From the sequence record NZ_CP049149.1: a stretch of DNA of 64,000 nt. One strand, 5' to 3'. Positions 37,722 to 46,704 of the stretch are shown here, piece by piece. Source of the DNA: a plasmid. Each line of letters opens with the position of its first letter. The first letter of the stretch is position 1. Below the pieces are notes generated by a model. The model did not search any database, was not told the origin of the DNA, and worked only from the letters and a program-made list of their open reading frames with translations. The position numbers and the translations under genes are program-made.

Positions 37722-38282
37722 TTAAAACGGGATAATGCGTTCGACCCAATCGAACATAACGACCATCTTCCGACCGCCGCCAATGTTGAGCGTGACCTGA
37801 CAAGCGTCAACGCCTGACGACACACCTTCAATTTCACGGCCGTCCGCCATGTAGACCCTTATAGATTTCTGCGCTTCATGAGCCTGACGACAAATCTTGA
37901 AGAAGTCACGGCGGGATGGCCGATTGTCCACATAGTCCGGGTGTACAGCGATGCGACCGGTGAAGTCGTGCGCTATGCCTTCTGTCACACCTGATTCAAT
38001 GGTACTGATTCGCTCAAGTGGCAGCCTTATACGATTTTCTTTGTCGAACGGGGCAGGGCAAAGGTCGACTTTATTGCGAGACGACATTAACCCCTGAACG
38101 TACATGCAGAACACCTGACCATCATCCAGAGTGACCCTTACAGGAATAAGGGATTTGCGCCAGAACATCAGCGCTTTCTCCACGAAGGAGTAATCGCGTG
38201 GCCAGACCTCTGCGGGTATTCCATATGTGATGTCTGTAACCATAGCCTTCTGCTTATTAATTACTGGTGCCTTATTATACAA
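37722..38282 (-). CDS. hypothetical protein (186 aa) with internal sequence duplication
   Basis: two related segments VRVTLDDGQVF...IRLPLERISTI and IRVYMADGREI...MVVMFDWVERIIP. Confidence 0.5.
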   Translation of the reverse strand: MYNKAPVINKQKAMVTDITYGIPAEVWPRDYSFVEKALMFWRKSLIPVRVTLDDGQVFCMYVQGLMSSRNKVDLCPAPFDKENRIRLPLERISTIESGVTEGIAHDFTGRIAVHPDYVDNRPSRRDFFKICRQAHEAQKSIRVYMADGREIEGVSSGVDACQVTLNIGGGRKMVVMFDWVERIIPF

Positions 38283-38385
38283 ACCTGGCAGTCTTTTTCA
38301 CTTGAAGGGACAGGCAAAAGCCTCATATTTGGCGGTCTTGACACAAAAATAGCGATAAGAATAATAGCACGCGCCAGGAGGGGAT

Positions 38386-39165
38386 ATGAATAAAAAATAT
38401 ACATTACCGCTACTAATTATCGCATCACTTTTATCTGGCTGTAAGCCCAATGAAGAAAAGGCCATTGAGGCCATTAAGAAAGACATACGCACAAGCTTAA
38501 TAGATCCGGAGTCTGCCAGATTTTCCAATATCCGAGCCTTAAGATTAGGCGAGGGCAGCGCCAGTTATATGGTGTGCGGTGAGGTAAACGGCAAAAATGC
38601 GTTAGGGGCATATACGGGAGCAACGCGCTTTAATGGTTTGATATTAGATATCGACCATATCGTTCCCATCGTATATATGGATGTTCCCAACTCAAGCTTG
38701 GATGAAAAGCTCGGCTTTAAAGAGCAGAACATCGCCTGTGGACCCGATGGCGTGTCGCGATATTTGCAGCGAAAGTCCATGAGGAACAGCATCCATAAAA
38801 AGGTTTCTGAGCTTGAACAAACCGCGTTAGGGAAGGCAGTTGTTGCGGCCGCCAGCGAGCTGACGTATATGTCGCGTGAGATGGGCGATGACGCCGAGGT
38901 GAAGGATGTCTACGCTCGGGAGACCGACGATTACGCGTTTGTGAGCGTCGGTGGCGAATACAGAAAGACGCAGTATTACAAGTTCAGGAAAAACGGGAAG
39001 GGCGAACTGGAGCCGGTCAGGGGGCTATCCTATAACCAACTGCCCGAGGCTGTTTATGAATGTTATTCAGGAAACAGGGATGAAACCTGTATTACGAAGC
39101 TGGAAATTGCAGAGCTAAGAAAAAGAGAAAACAAAATAGACGACTTTGTCGTACCTGCCCGCTGA
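38386..39165 (+). CDS. lipoprotein (259 aa)
   Basis: signal peptide MNKKYTLPLLIIASLLSGC with lipobox LSGC; AGGAGGGGA SD. Confidence 0.6.
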   Translation: MNKKYTLPLLIIASLLSGCKPNEEKAIEAIKKDIRTSLIDPESARFSNIRALRLGEGSASYMVCGEVNGKNALGAYTGATRFNGLILDIDHIVPIVYMDVPNSSLDEKLGFKEQNIACGPDGVSRYLQRKSMRNSIHKKVSELEQTALGKAVVAAASELTYMSREMGDDAEVKDVYARETDDYAFVSVGGEYRKTQYYKFRKNGKGELEPVRGLSYNQLPEAVYECYSGNRDETCITKLEIAELRKRENKIDDFVVPAR

Positions 39166-39169
39166 AGCT

Positions 39170-39248
39170 GCAATGAGAGAGTGACCTCTCTCATTGCACA
39201 GCTAGCAACCGCACAGCGTGCTCATGATTCTAATCAGAGCACGCTGTG
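39170..39248. terminator. two stem-loops between convergent genes (bidirectional terminators)
   Basis: GCAATGAGAGAG...CTCTCTCATTGC and CACAGCGTGCTC...GAGCACGCTGTG 11-12-bp perfect stems. Confidence 0.5.
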
Positions 39249-39250
39249 GT

Positions 39251-39529
39251 TCACGGTAACCGTTTAAGGATATCTTCCAAATCCTCTTTGGTCATGCCCG
39301 AGTTTTCATAAATCTTCATGACTTTTTCGCGCGCTTTTGCTGACGCTTCAAGCGCCGTTGCGCTCTTGTCGAAATCGGCCATCGTCATGTTGCTCAACAC
39401 CAGATTAATGATGTCGGCCTTTGACAGCCTTATGTTGCGATCTCGCAGACGTCCCTGAAAAGACTCCAGTTTGTCGTTCGCCTTCTCGGTCAGTTGAACC
39501 TGACAGTGTATAGCGCGTTTGTCACCCAT
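39251..39529 (-). CDS. ribbon-helix-helix-like small DNA-binding protein (putative)
   Basis: N-terminal KRAIHCQVQLTEKANDKL beta-strand-then-helix pattern typical of Arc/MetJ/CopG; directly downstream of helicase. Confidence 0.4.
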   Translation of the reverse strand: MGDKRAIHCQVQLTEKANDKLESFQGRLRDRNIRLSKADIINLVLSNMTMADFDKSATALEASAKAREKVMKIYENSGMTKEDLEDILKRLP

Positions 39530-39531
39530 GC

Positions 39532-41091
39532 TTAATCTCTATTCAAAACAGTAAAATCAAAATTGCCACCTACCGGCAACACCCCCTCAGCGAATCCGGG
39601 CGTTGTGTCTATTATGTTCTTCCGCTCATAGGAGTGTGACATAAGATATTTATTACTTATATCAATGAAGTCGGTAATGAAACACACATTTGCCTTATTT
39701 TTCTTGGCTCGAAGACCACGCCCAACCCGCTGACGCATTTCGACTTCGGCCTTGCCGCCTCCAGCCAAAATGACAGCACCCACGCTCGGAACGTCTACGC
39801 CGACGTCCAGTATGGTTGAGCCGATGAGGACATCTATCTTGCCCGTGGCCAGACTGTTTAACTTAGTCTGTCTGGTAGCCTGGTTGGACTCACCATAGAT
39901 GAAATCGACTTGCAGACCGCTCTCTTTCATCATCTCCATCAGGATCTGCCCATGCCGTTTCAGACGCACCAGCGTCATGCAATTCAGCCCGTGACGTTTA
40001 TACATGAGAGCCTCACGTACTATTGCTTCATTGCGTGCCAAATTGTAAACGATGCCCAGCTGATAGGCTTTCTGGTACGACGTACCCATGCCGACCCGGA
40101 AGTTCAGATGTTTGGATGCAAGCTCCGACCGGATACGGACATTGTCCGGAGTGTAAGCGATTTTATGATACAGGAAGTAAGGTTTCGCAAGGATGCCTCG
40201 ATCAATGAGATATTTCTCCGTGACTTTGATCTCTATTCTGCCCGCAACGGCCATCAGGCGCATGTTGGCTTCGGTCGAGTCTTTCATGAAAGGCGTGGCT
40301 GTCAGCGCAAGACGATAGTCGGCGTTTACGCAGAGGCGGGCGATATCGTAGAAGTTCGAGCCGGACGATTCATGCGCCTCTTCCAGAATGAGTAGCGAGA
40401 CACTGGAAAGGAATCGTTTTACCAGCTCCCGGCGCTTGAGATGGTGGTTCTTCTTCTCAGGCGTTGCGTCCCGCGGCGGCTCTTCGAGAAAACTGGCCAG
40501 TGTCTGCACGGTTGCCACGTTGATGTGGCGCGAGACCTGAAATTCACCCGAACCGATAACGCCCACCTTCTGACCTTTCAGCCACGGCTCTCCATTTTCA
40601 GCGCGGTAGTCGATGGATTTCTGGAAATTCTCCGCCATCTGGAACATCAGGACGGAACGTGTGGTTAAAAACAGCGTCATCCGACCAATTCGGGCAGCTG
40701 CCTTGCACGCGACGTTGGATTTCCCGCCGCCAGTGGCAATCTGCGCAATCATCATCCCTTCGCGCACCAGCGTTTCCACTGTCTGATCCTGATATGCGTA
40801 GTCCGGGTTGTACGGAAATGGGTTAACTACCGGATTGGGTTTGCCAAGCGCCGGCACTTTATCCTTGCGTACATGCACGCATTTAATGCCCGCTTTGTTC
40901 AGGTTTGCAGCCACTGGCTTTGCGAATCCTGCTGGGAACGCATTTTTGCTCCAGTTGAACATCGTACTGGTGCCTTTCCAGTCACCTGCCTCCACTTCGT
41001 AGCTCAACATCTCCTGAACAAGTCGTTTTACATTGTCATCAGCGCCAGAAATAAGCGCATTGACCGCATTCGATACAATCCGAACTGTCAT
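39532..41091 (-). CDS. SF2 DEAD/DEAH-box family helicase (ResIII-like)
   Basis: Walker A TGGGKS, DEAH-like LLILEEAHE, SAT-like LTATP, C-terminal helicase domain with QRVGRGLR arginine finger. Confidence 0.7.
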   Translation of the reverse strand: MTVRIVSNAVNALISGADDNVKRLVQEMLSYEVEAGDWKGTSTMFNWSKNAFPAGFAKPVAANLNKAGIKCVHVRKDKVPALGKPNPVVNPFPYNPDYAYQDQTVETLVREGMMIAQIATGGGKSNVACKAAARIGRMTLFLTTRSVLMFQMAENFQKSIDYRAENGEPWLKGQKVGVIGSGEFQVSRHINVATVQTLASFLEEPPRDATPEKKNHHLKRRELVKRFLSSVSLLILEEAHESSGSNFYDIARLCVNADYRLALTATPFMKDSTEANMRLMAVAGRIEIKVTEKYLIDRGILAKPYFLYHKIAYTPDNVRIRSELASKHLNFRVGMGTSYQKAYQLGIVYNLARNEAIVREALMYKRHGLNCMTLVRLKRHGQILMEMMKESGLQVDFIYGESNQATRQTKLNSLATGKIDVLIGSTILDVGVDVPSVGAVILAGGGKAEVEMRQRVGRGLRAKKNKANVCFITDFIDISNKYLMSHSYERKNIIDTTPGFAEGVLPVGGNFDFTVLNRD

Positions 41092-41155
41092 AAAGCTCTT
41101 TCCTTCGTGCCTTTTGTATGTTAATTGGCTATTATAGTAAGTAATTACTTATGCA

Positions 41156-41854
41156 ATGGATTGTATCAGAAATATGGATGTGAAAATTACCATTATGCAG
41201 GTGGAAGTCGCCAACCTGCGTCCGAATCCCTGGAATACCAACTCTGTTGGGGCGCAAAACTTCGAAAAACTGAAAGGCTCTATCGAGAAATTGGGCTTTT
41301 TTAAGCCAATTCTCGCGCGGGAGCTGGACGGCGGCTTTTTTGAGATCCTCGGCGGCGAACACCGCTGGCGGGCAGCGATGGAACAGGGCATTTCAACGGT
41401 TCCCGTCATCTCCGTGGGCAAAATTAACGACCTGGTGGCCAAACAGATGTCCCTCGTCGATAACGAGCGCTACGGCGAAGACGATCAGGTCGCTTTGCAG
41501 CGCTTAATCGAAGAAATCCAGTCTGAAATCGACTACCGGTTGTCCGATATCGCCCCGTATGACGACGAAATGGCGGCAACACTCGCCAAAGCGTCCGTTA
41601 TCGATCTTGAAGCGCTGGAAGCGCTCTCCCGTGGCGATGACGAGCCGGTCGATGAGGACAAACGCGAGAAAACCGAGCGAGTCGGCGCTGAACACCAGAC
41701 GATGCGCTTCAAGGTGACGTTTGATGCGTCAGATCGCGTCGCCGACACCATCAAAACCATCATCAAAGAGCAGGGAATCAATACCGGTAACGAAATGGAG
41801 AACGCCGGGGAAGCCCTGGTGTGGCTGGTCGACTACTACAAGGAGCGTATGTAA
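41156..41854 (+). CDS. ParB/Srx-like N-terminal domain protein 1
   Basis: ParB box ILGGEHRWRAA; start uncertain (ATGs at 41156, 41174, 41195). Confidence 0.6.
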   Translation: MDCIRNMDVKITIMQVEVANLRPNPWNTNSVGAQNFEKLKGSIEKLGFFKPILARELDGGFFEILGGEHRWRAAMEQGISTVPVISVGKINDLVAKQMSLVDNERYGEDDQVALQRLIEEIQSEIDYRLSDIAPYDDEMAATLAKASVIDLEALEALSRGDDEPVDEDKREKTERVGAEHQTMRFKVTFDASDRVADTIKTIIKEQGINTGNEMENAGEALVWLVDYYKERM

Positions 41855-42522
41855 TGACCAAAAACTTTGAAATCGTCTATCGAAACCCGGCAGAACTCAT
41901 CCCGTATGAGATGAACGCCAAAAAACATGACGAACAGCAGATCCGCGATCTGGCGGCCGCCATCAAAAAGCGCGGTTTTGACCAGCCGATCACGGTCGAC
42001 AAGCACGACGTCATCATTACTGGCCACGGTCGTCGCGAGGCGGCACTTCTGGCTGGTCTGGAGCGTGTGCCGGTCATCGTTCGCGACGATCTGAGCGAAG
42101 AAGAAGTAAAGGCGAAGCGTCTGGAAGACAACCGCCTGGCCAGTATTGACTACGACGCCATCAAATTGCAGCAGGAACTGGAATCCCTGGTGCTGGGCGA
42201 CGTCGAGGTCTTCGGTTTTGAAGAGCGCGAGCTGAACGTGCTTGTCGGCAGCATGACCGAAGAGATGGAAACCGGCTCTCTGGTGCTCAATCTGGGCGAA
42301 GAGACGGAACGCCAGAAAGAAGAGCACACCGAGATCAGTCGCGAAGTGGCCGCTGAAGAAGTCCGCGTCATCGACGTATTGGGCTTTAAAACGCTCCCTG
42401 CTGGCTCTGCCATTGTGGTTGGGGATTTGCTTGCCCACATGGAAGAAATCACGGGAGAGAGCGGGGTAGACGCTTTCGTGGCGTATGCGGAGAAAGTTTC
42501 TTCTGGGGAGCTGGCTGCATGA
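41854..42522 (+). CDS. ParB/Srx-like N-terminal domain protein 2
   Basis: ITGHGRREAALLAG ParB motif; TAATG overlap with upstream gene. Confidence 0.6.
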   Translation: MTKNFEIVYRNPAELIPYEMNAKKHDEQQIRDLAAAIKKRGFDQPITVDKHDVIITGHGRREAALLAGLERVPVIVRDDLSEEEVKAKRLEDNRLASIDYDAIKLQQELESLVLGDVEVFGFEERELNVLVGSMTEEMETGSLVLNLGEETERQKEEHTEISREVAAEEVRVIDVLGFKTLPAGSAIVVGDLLAHMEEITGESGVDAFVAYAEKVSSGELAA

Positions 42523-43157
42523 GCAAATACACCATCAACGTATCGTTTCAGACCCGCGTGAACAAAACCACGCGCACGCTGGAGATTGCCGAATCGTTCG
42601 GTCTTGGCCTGGACGAAAAAGAGTGGACGCTTTACGACAATCTGGAGCTGGAAGTGAAGCAGGGCGATGTGGTGTACATCACCGGCCAATCCGGTTCCGG
42701 TAAATCCGTTGTGCTGCGCGAGCTGCAACGCCAGATGAAGGATGAAGGGCTTTCTGTAGCCTCCATCGATGACTTTACCTTCGACAATGAGGTTAACGTC
42801 ATTGACCAGCTGGGCAAAACCACCAGCGAAGCGCTGGGGCTGCTGTCTATGGCGGGATTGAATGACGCCTATCTCTTTGTGCGTAAGCCATCCGAGATGT
42901 CTGACGGTCAGAAATACCGTCTCAAGATCGCCAAGCTGATCGAGTCAGGCGCCAAAGTCTGGGCAGCCGACGAATTTGGCGCTGTTCTCGACCGCGTAAC
43001 CGCCCAGGTTGTGGCGTCGAACCTCCAGCGTGCCGCCCGAAAGGTTGGCGCGACGGTAATGGTGGCGACGACCCACGAAGACCTGAAGAACGCGCTGCGC
43101 CCGGATATGCAGATCACCAAGCACTACAAAGAACGCGTGAAGGTGGAATATGCCTGA
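42519..43157 (+). CDS. single-domain ABC-type ATPase
   Basis: Walker A GQSGSGKS, signature-like MSDGQKYRL, Walker B VWAADEFGAVLD, H-loop TTHE; ATGA overlap upstream. Confidence 0.65.
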   Translation: MSKYTINVSFQTRVNKTTRTLEIAESFGLGLDEKEWTLYDNLELEVKQGDVVYITGQSGSGKSVVLRELQRQMKDEGLSVASIDDFTFDNEVNVIDQLGKTTSEALGLLSMAGLNDAYLFVRKPSEMSDGQKYRLKIAKLIESGAKVWAADEFGAVLDRVTAQVVASNLQRAARKVGATVMVATTHEDLKNALRPDMQITKHYKERVKVEYA

Positions 43158-43404
43158 TTTGAAGATCGTAGAGCTGAAGCCATCGAAAGAGGCTGACAAC
43201 AACAACGTTGAAGTCATCCGCCTGCTGGAAGAAGCACTCCAGTACGCCAGAGAAGGCAAAAGCCAGAGCCTGGCACTGCTGATGATCAACAACGACGGCA
43301 GTGTGCTGGATTGCTGGCATAACGGTGGGCGTCCATACGTCATGGTTGGGGCGATGGAATCGCTTCGCCTGGACTTCATCAATGCCAATATCGAGCGTAG
43401 GTGA
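43150..43404 (+). CDS. small hypothetical protein (84 aa)
   Basis: overlaps ATPase stop; part of coupled operon. Confidence 0.45.
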   Translation: MPDLKIVELKPSKEADNNNVEVIRLLEEALQYAREGKSQSLALLMINNDGSVLDCWHNGGRPYVMVGAMESLRLDFINANIERR

Positions 43405-43409
43405 TCGAC

Positions 43410-44300
43410 ATGACAGGCATCATCATCAAACGCTACCGCCCGGAAGAGTTCCCGCGTCATCTGGACTTTCTGGAGCGTATGACCGTAACCAAAGGCACGG
43501 TTGAAGACTGGCACGCGCTGAAGTCGCTGCACTACAAGACGGATGGTAAGCCGTTCGCGCCAACGTATTACCGCTGCGAACTGGACGACCGGCTGGTGGG
43601 CGTCGTGGTTATGGCTTACCCGAAACTGCTGCTGGCGCCTCGCCATCGCATGTTTCCTAAGCTGAAGCCAACCACCAATACCACCGTGGCCAACCAGTAT
43701 TGGGGCCGGTACGTGAACAACAACTTTGCGGTGATCAGCCGTTCCGTTGTTGACACTCAGTACCGCGGTGTCGGCGTCTCCTATCGAATGATTAATCTGG
43801 TTAGCAGGATGCACGACCGGCCAATCATCGAGATCCAGTCGTCGATGAGCAAATACAACCCGTTCGCCATGAAAGCAGGGTTCCAGTTCATCCGTCCGGA
43901 GCGTCCGAAGAGCTATGAGAGTGCGTTGCGCGTCTTCCAGCGTCATTTCCGTTCTGACCCTGGCGACAACGAAGCGATCGTCAAAGAGCTGTTCGCCATG
44001 AGTGAGTCTCGCCGTCGTCGTGCGCTGCGCGATCTGGTCGCTGACTACCACAAGAACAGTTCCCTGGCCAAAGCCGGGCGTAATCGTGGCACGACGATTC
44101 AGGACATTGCCGACAGCCTGGTGGACGAGGCCAGCATCGTGAAGCTGCTCAAGGACATTCACAACCTGAGCTTCACGTCTCCGCTGTATGGCGTGTACCG
44201 AAACCCGGACTTTGGTCGTCAGCTGCCGGACACGCTGCCACTGCTGGCATTCGACAAACAGCCTTTGAATAAACCTCTTGAAATTGCATTACCGGCATAA
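43410..44300 (+). CDS. hypothetical protein with GNAT-fold-like N-terminal region (299 aa)
   Basis: VVDTQYRGVGVSYRMINLV resembles acyl-CoA binding motif A of GNAT fold; GTG 43401 overlapping upstream stop is alternative start. Confidence 0.5.
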   Translation: MTGIIIKRYRPEEFPRHLDFLERMTVTKGTVEDWHALKSLHYKTDGKPFAPTYYRCELDDRLVGVVVMAYPKLLLAPRHRMFPKLKPTTNTTVANQYWGRYVNNNFAVISRSVVDTQYRGVGVSYRMINLVSRMHDRPIIEIQSSMSKYNPFAMKAGFQFIRPERPKSYESALRVFQRHFRSDPGDNEAIVKELFAMSESRRRRALRDLVADYHKNSSLAKAGRNRGTTIQDIADSLVDEASIVKLLKDIHNLSFTSPLYGVYRNPDFGRQLPDTLPLLAFDKQPLNKPLEIALPA

Positions 44301-44309
44301 GGATTTGCC

Positions 44310-44576
44310 ATGACGTTGACCGACAAACAAAAAGACATCATCAAAACCATCAATTTAGGCCATGAGCGTGGGCATCTGCTCGATCTGGACGAGCTACTGG
44401 AAGTGCTGCCGTACAAAACGACCAAACAGAGTATGCAGTTCTCGATCCGCGCACTGGTGAAGAAGGGGCTGGTGGAGAAAGGAATGTGCCGCCAGCGCGG
44501 TGATTCCGGCTACCACCGTCGCACGCTGGGACTGACCACGTTAGGTCGTGCCAGAGCCAAATTACTGGTGATGTAA
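44310..44576 (+). CDS. winged-helix-like small protein (88 aa)
   Basis: helix-turn-helix-like segment SMQFSIRALVKKGLVEKG; basic C-terminus. Confidence 0.4.
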   Translation: MTLTDKQKDIIKTINLGHERGHLLDLDELLEVLPYKTTKQSMQFSIRALVKKGLVEKGMCRQRGDSGYHRRTLGLTTLGRARAKLLVM

Positions 44577-44601
44577 GTCGGTCTGGGAGCCAGTTTGAGA
44601 G

Positions 44602-44656
44602 CCTGCTTCCGTATATATAAATACTAAGTGACTTATTAAATATATACGGAAGCAGG
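44602..44656. repeat. large palindrome element, copy 2 (promoter/operator-like) upstream of terminase
   Basis: perfect 16-bp arms CCTGCTTCCGTATATA / TATATACGGAAGCAGG with 23-nt AT-rich loop; flanked by TTGAGA and TCTGAA; copy 1 at 16524-16592. Confidence 0.5.
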
Positions 44657-44771
44657 TTCTGAATACTCCCCAGCCCGGTTTTAAACACCCAGAAAACAAA
44701 TTGGTTAGGCACTGAATTAAACAAGTTGTTTAGGAGCGCAAGGATGCGCTCTGAGTGTTTTAGAGGGATCT

Positions 44772-45413
44772 ATGACTGTAGAAAAAGACGAGAGCAAAAC
44801 TCGCCTGACACCAGCTGAGTGGGCAGAAGCCGAAGCGAAGTGGACTTCCGGTGAATACACACTCTCCAAGCTGGAGGAAGAGTACGGCATTCGTCGTGAA
44901 ACGCTCTCCAGACATTTCAAAAAGCGTGGATTAGAGAAAGGCGCGGACTCCGTTGGGAAGATGGTGCGCGAGTCGCTTAAATCCGACGCAGAGCTGCGTG
45001 CGAAGGCGCGTGCAGAGAAAATCGAAGAGCGCCGGACTCGTTACGACGATTGGGCGTTCGCACTCGGTCGTATGGTGATGCATGAGGTGGCCACAGCTAA
45101 GAAGGACGGCAGGCCACTGGCAGCCATCGAAGATGACCTGAAGAGTCTCCAGCGTGCCAGCGGCACACTCGCTAAGTGCTTCGAAATATCCTCGAAAGCA
45201 CTTGGTATGGATCGCGTGGAGAACGAGGACGACGAAATCCCGAGCCTGGTATTTGGCGAACTTACGCCTTCCCAGGTGGCGCAGCTGCGTAAGGAAGATG
45301 ATGAGCCGGATCTGATTGATGACGATCTGCTTGAGTCACTCGAAGAGGAAGCACTGAGCGAAGCTGAGGGCGATTCTGACGCGTCTGGTGATGAAAGTGA
45401 TGGGAGCGTCTAA
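44772..45413 (+). CDS. terminase small subunit (putative)
   Basis: immediately upstream of TerL with stop/start 2 nt apart; HTH-like N-terminus; acidic C-terminus. Confidence 0.5.
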   Translation: MTVEKDESKTRLTPAEWAEAEAKWTSGEYTLSKLEEEYGIRRETLSRHFKKRGLEKGADSVGKMVRESLKSDAELRAKARAEKIEERRTRYDDWAFALGRMVMHEVATAKKDGRPLAAIEDDLKSLQRASGTLAKCFEISSKALGMDRVENEDDEIPSLVFGELTPSQVAQLRKEDDEPDLIDDDLLESLEEEALSEAEGDSDASGDESDGSV

Positions 45414-45415
45414 CT

Positions 45416-46672
45416 ATGGCCATCCCGTCGTCTCTGAGTCTCGTACAGCTGCATTCTGGGCAGATGCAAGTCTTCCAGTCGCCACATCGTTTCAAAGTGG
45501 TGTGTGCGGGTCGACGCTGGGGTAAATCCCGGTTGTCGATCTCCACCATCATCCGCGCGGCAGCCAAAGAGAAGAAGCAACGTGTCTGGTACGTCGCACC
45601 GACGTACCAGATGGCTCGCCAGATCTTGTGGGATGACCTGCAGGAAGTTCTGCCGCGTAAATGGGTTCGTAAGAAAAACGACACCACGATGACCATCGTG
45701 CTGAAGAACGGCTCTGAAATCGCGCTGAAAGGTGCGGATAAGCCCGATACGCTTCGTGGTGTGGCACTGCACTTTGTGGTGCTCGATGAATTTCAGGATA
45801 TGAAGCCGGACACCTGGTACAAGGTACTGCGTCCGACACTGTCCTCTACCCGTGGCGGTGCGCTGATCATCGGTACGCCAAAAGGCTTCTCCGAGTTCCA
45901 CAAGCTGTGGACTATCGGTCAGAACAAAGATTTGCAACGCAAGGGGCAGTGGAAGAGCTGGCAGTTCGTTACGGCTGATTCTCCGTTCGTACCGAGCGCG
46001 GAAATCGAAGCAGCGAAGAACGATATGGACCCTAAATCGTTCGCACAGGAATACCTGGCCAGCTTCGAGAACATGTCCGGGCGCGTCTACTATCCGTTCG
46101 ACCGCAACGTGCATGTTAAGCCGCTCCAGTTCAATCCGAAGCTGCCGATCTGGGTGGGGCAGGACTTTAACATCGACCCAATGTCCTCGGTCATCCTCCA
46201 GCCACAGCCAAACGGCGAACTCTGGGCTGTCGATGAGCTGGTGCTGTTTTCATCCAACACCGCGGAAGTGTGTGACGAACTGGAGCGCCGTTACTGGCGC
46301 TGGAAGTCACAGGTCACGATCTTCCCTGACCCGGCTGGCGCCTACCGCCAGCACGCGCGCGGTGAATCGGACGTGGACATCTTCAAGGAAAAGGGCTTCC
46401 TGCGCGTCGATTATCCGAAGAAGCACCCGCCCATTGCAGACCGTGTGAACGCTGTGAACCGTATGCTGATGAGCGCTTCTGGTGAAACCCGACTGTATAT
46501 CGACCCGAAGTGCAAACACCTGATCGACTCGCTTGAGAAGGTTATCTATAAACCCGGCTCCCGCGATATGGATAAGACGGGTGGCATCGAGCACAGCGCA
46601 GACGCATTGGGTTATCCAGTTCATCGTAGGTATCCGGTGAAAAATCGTGTTATTCTTGGCGGTTCAAGGTAA
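45416..46672 (+). CDS. terminase large subunit
   Basis: Walker A VVCAGRRWGKS, Walker B HFVVLDE, C-terminal RNase H-like nuclease region. Confidence 0.85.
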   Translation: MAIPSSLSLVQLHSGQMQVFQSPHRFKVVCAGRRWGKSRLSISTIIRAAAKEKKQRVWYVAPTYQMARQILWDDLQEVLPRKWVRKKNDTTMTIVLKNGSEIALKGADKPDTLRGVALHFVVLDEFQDMKPDTWYKVLRPTLSSTRGGALIIGTPKGFSEFHKLWTIGQNKDLQRKGQWKSWQFVTADSPFVPSAEIEAAKNDMDPKSFAQEYLASFENMSGRVYYPFDRNVHVKPLQFNPKLPIWVGQDFNIDPMSSVILQPQPNGELWAVDELVLFSSNTAEVCDELERRYWRWKSQVTIFPDPAGAYRQHARGESDVDIFKEKGFLRVDYPKKHPPIADRVNAVNRMLMSASGETRLYIDPKCKHLIDSLEKVIYKPGSRDMDKTGGIEHSADALGYPVHRRYPVKNRVILGGSR

Positions 46673-46704
46673 GTAAGTGCATACCTATAAATGGAATTTA
46701 GCAA

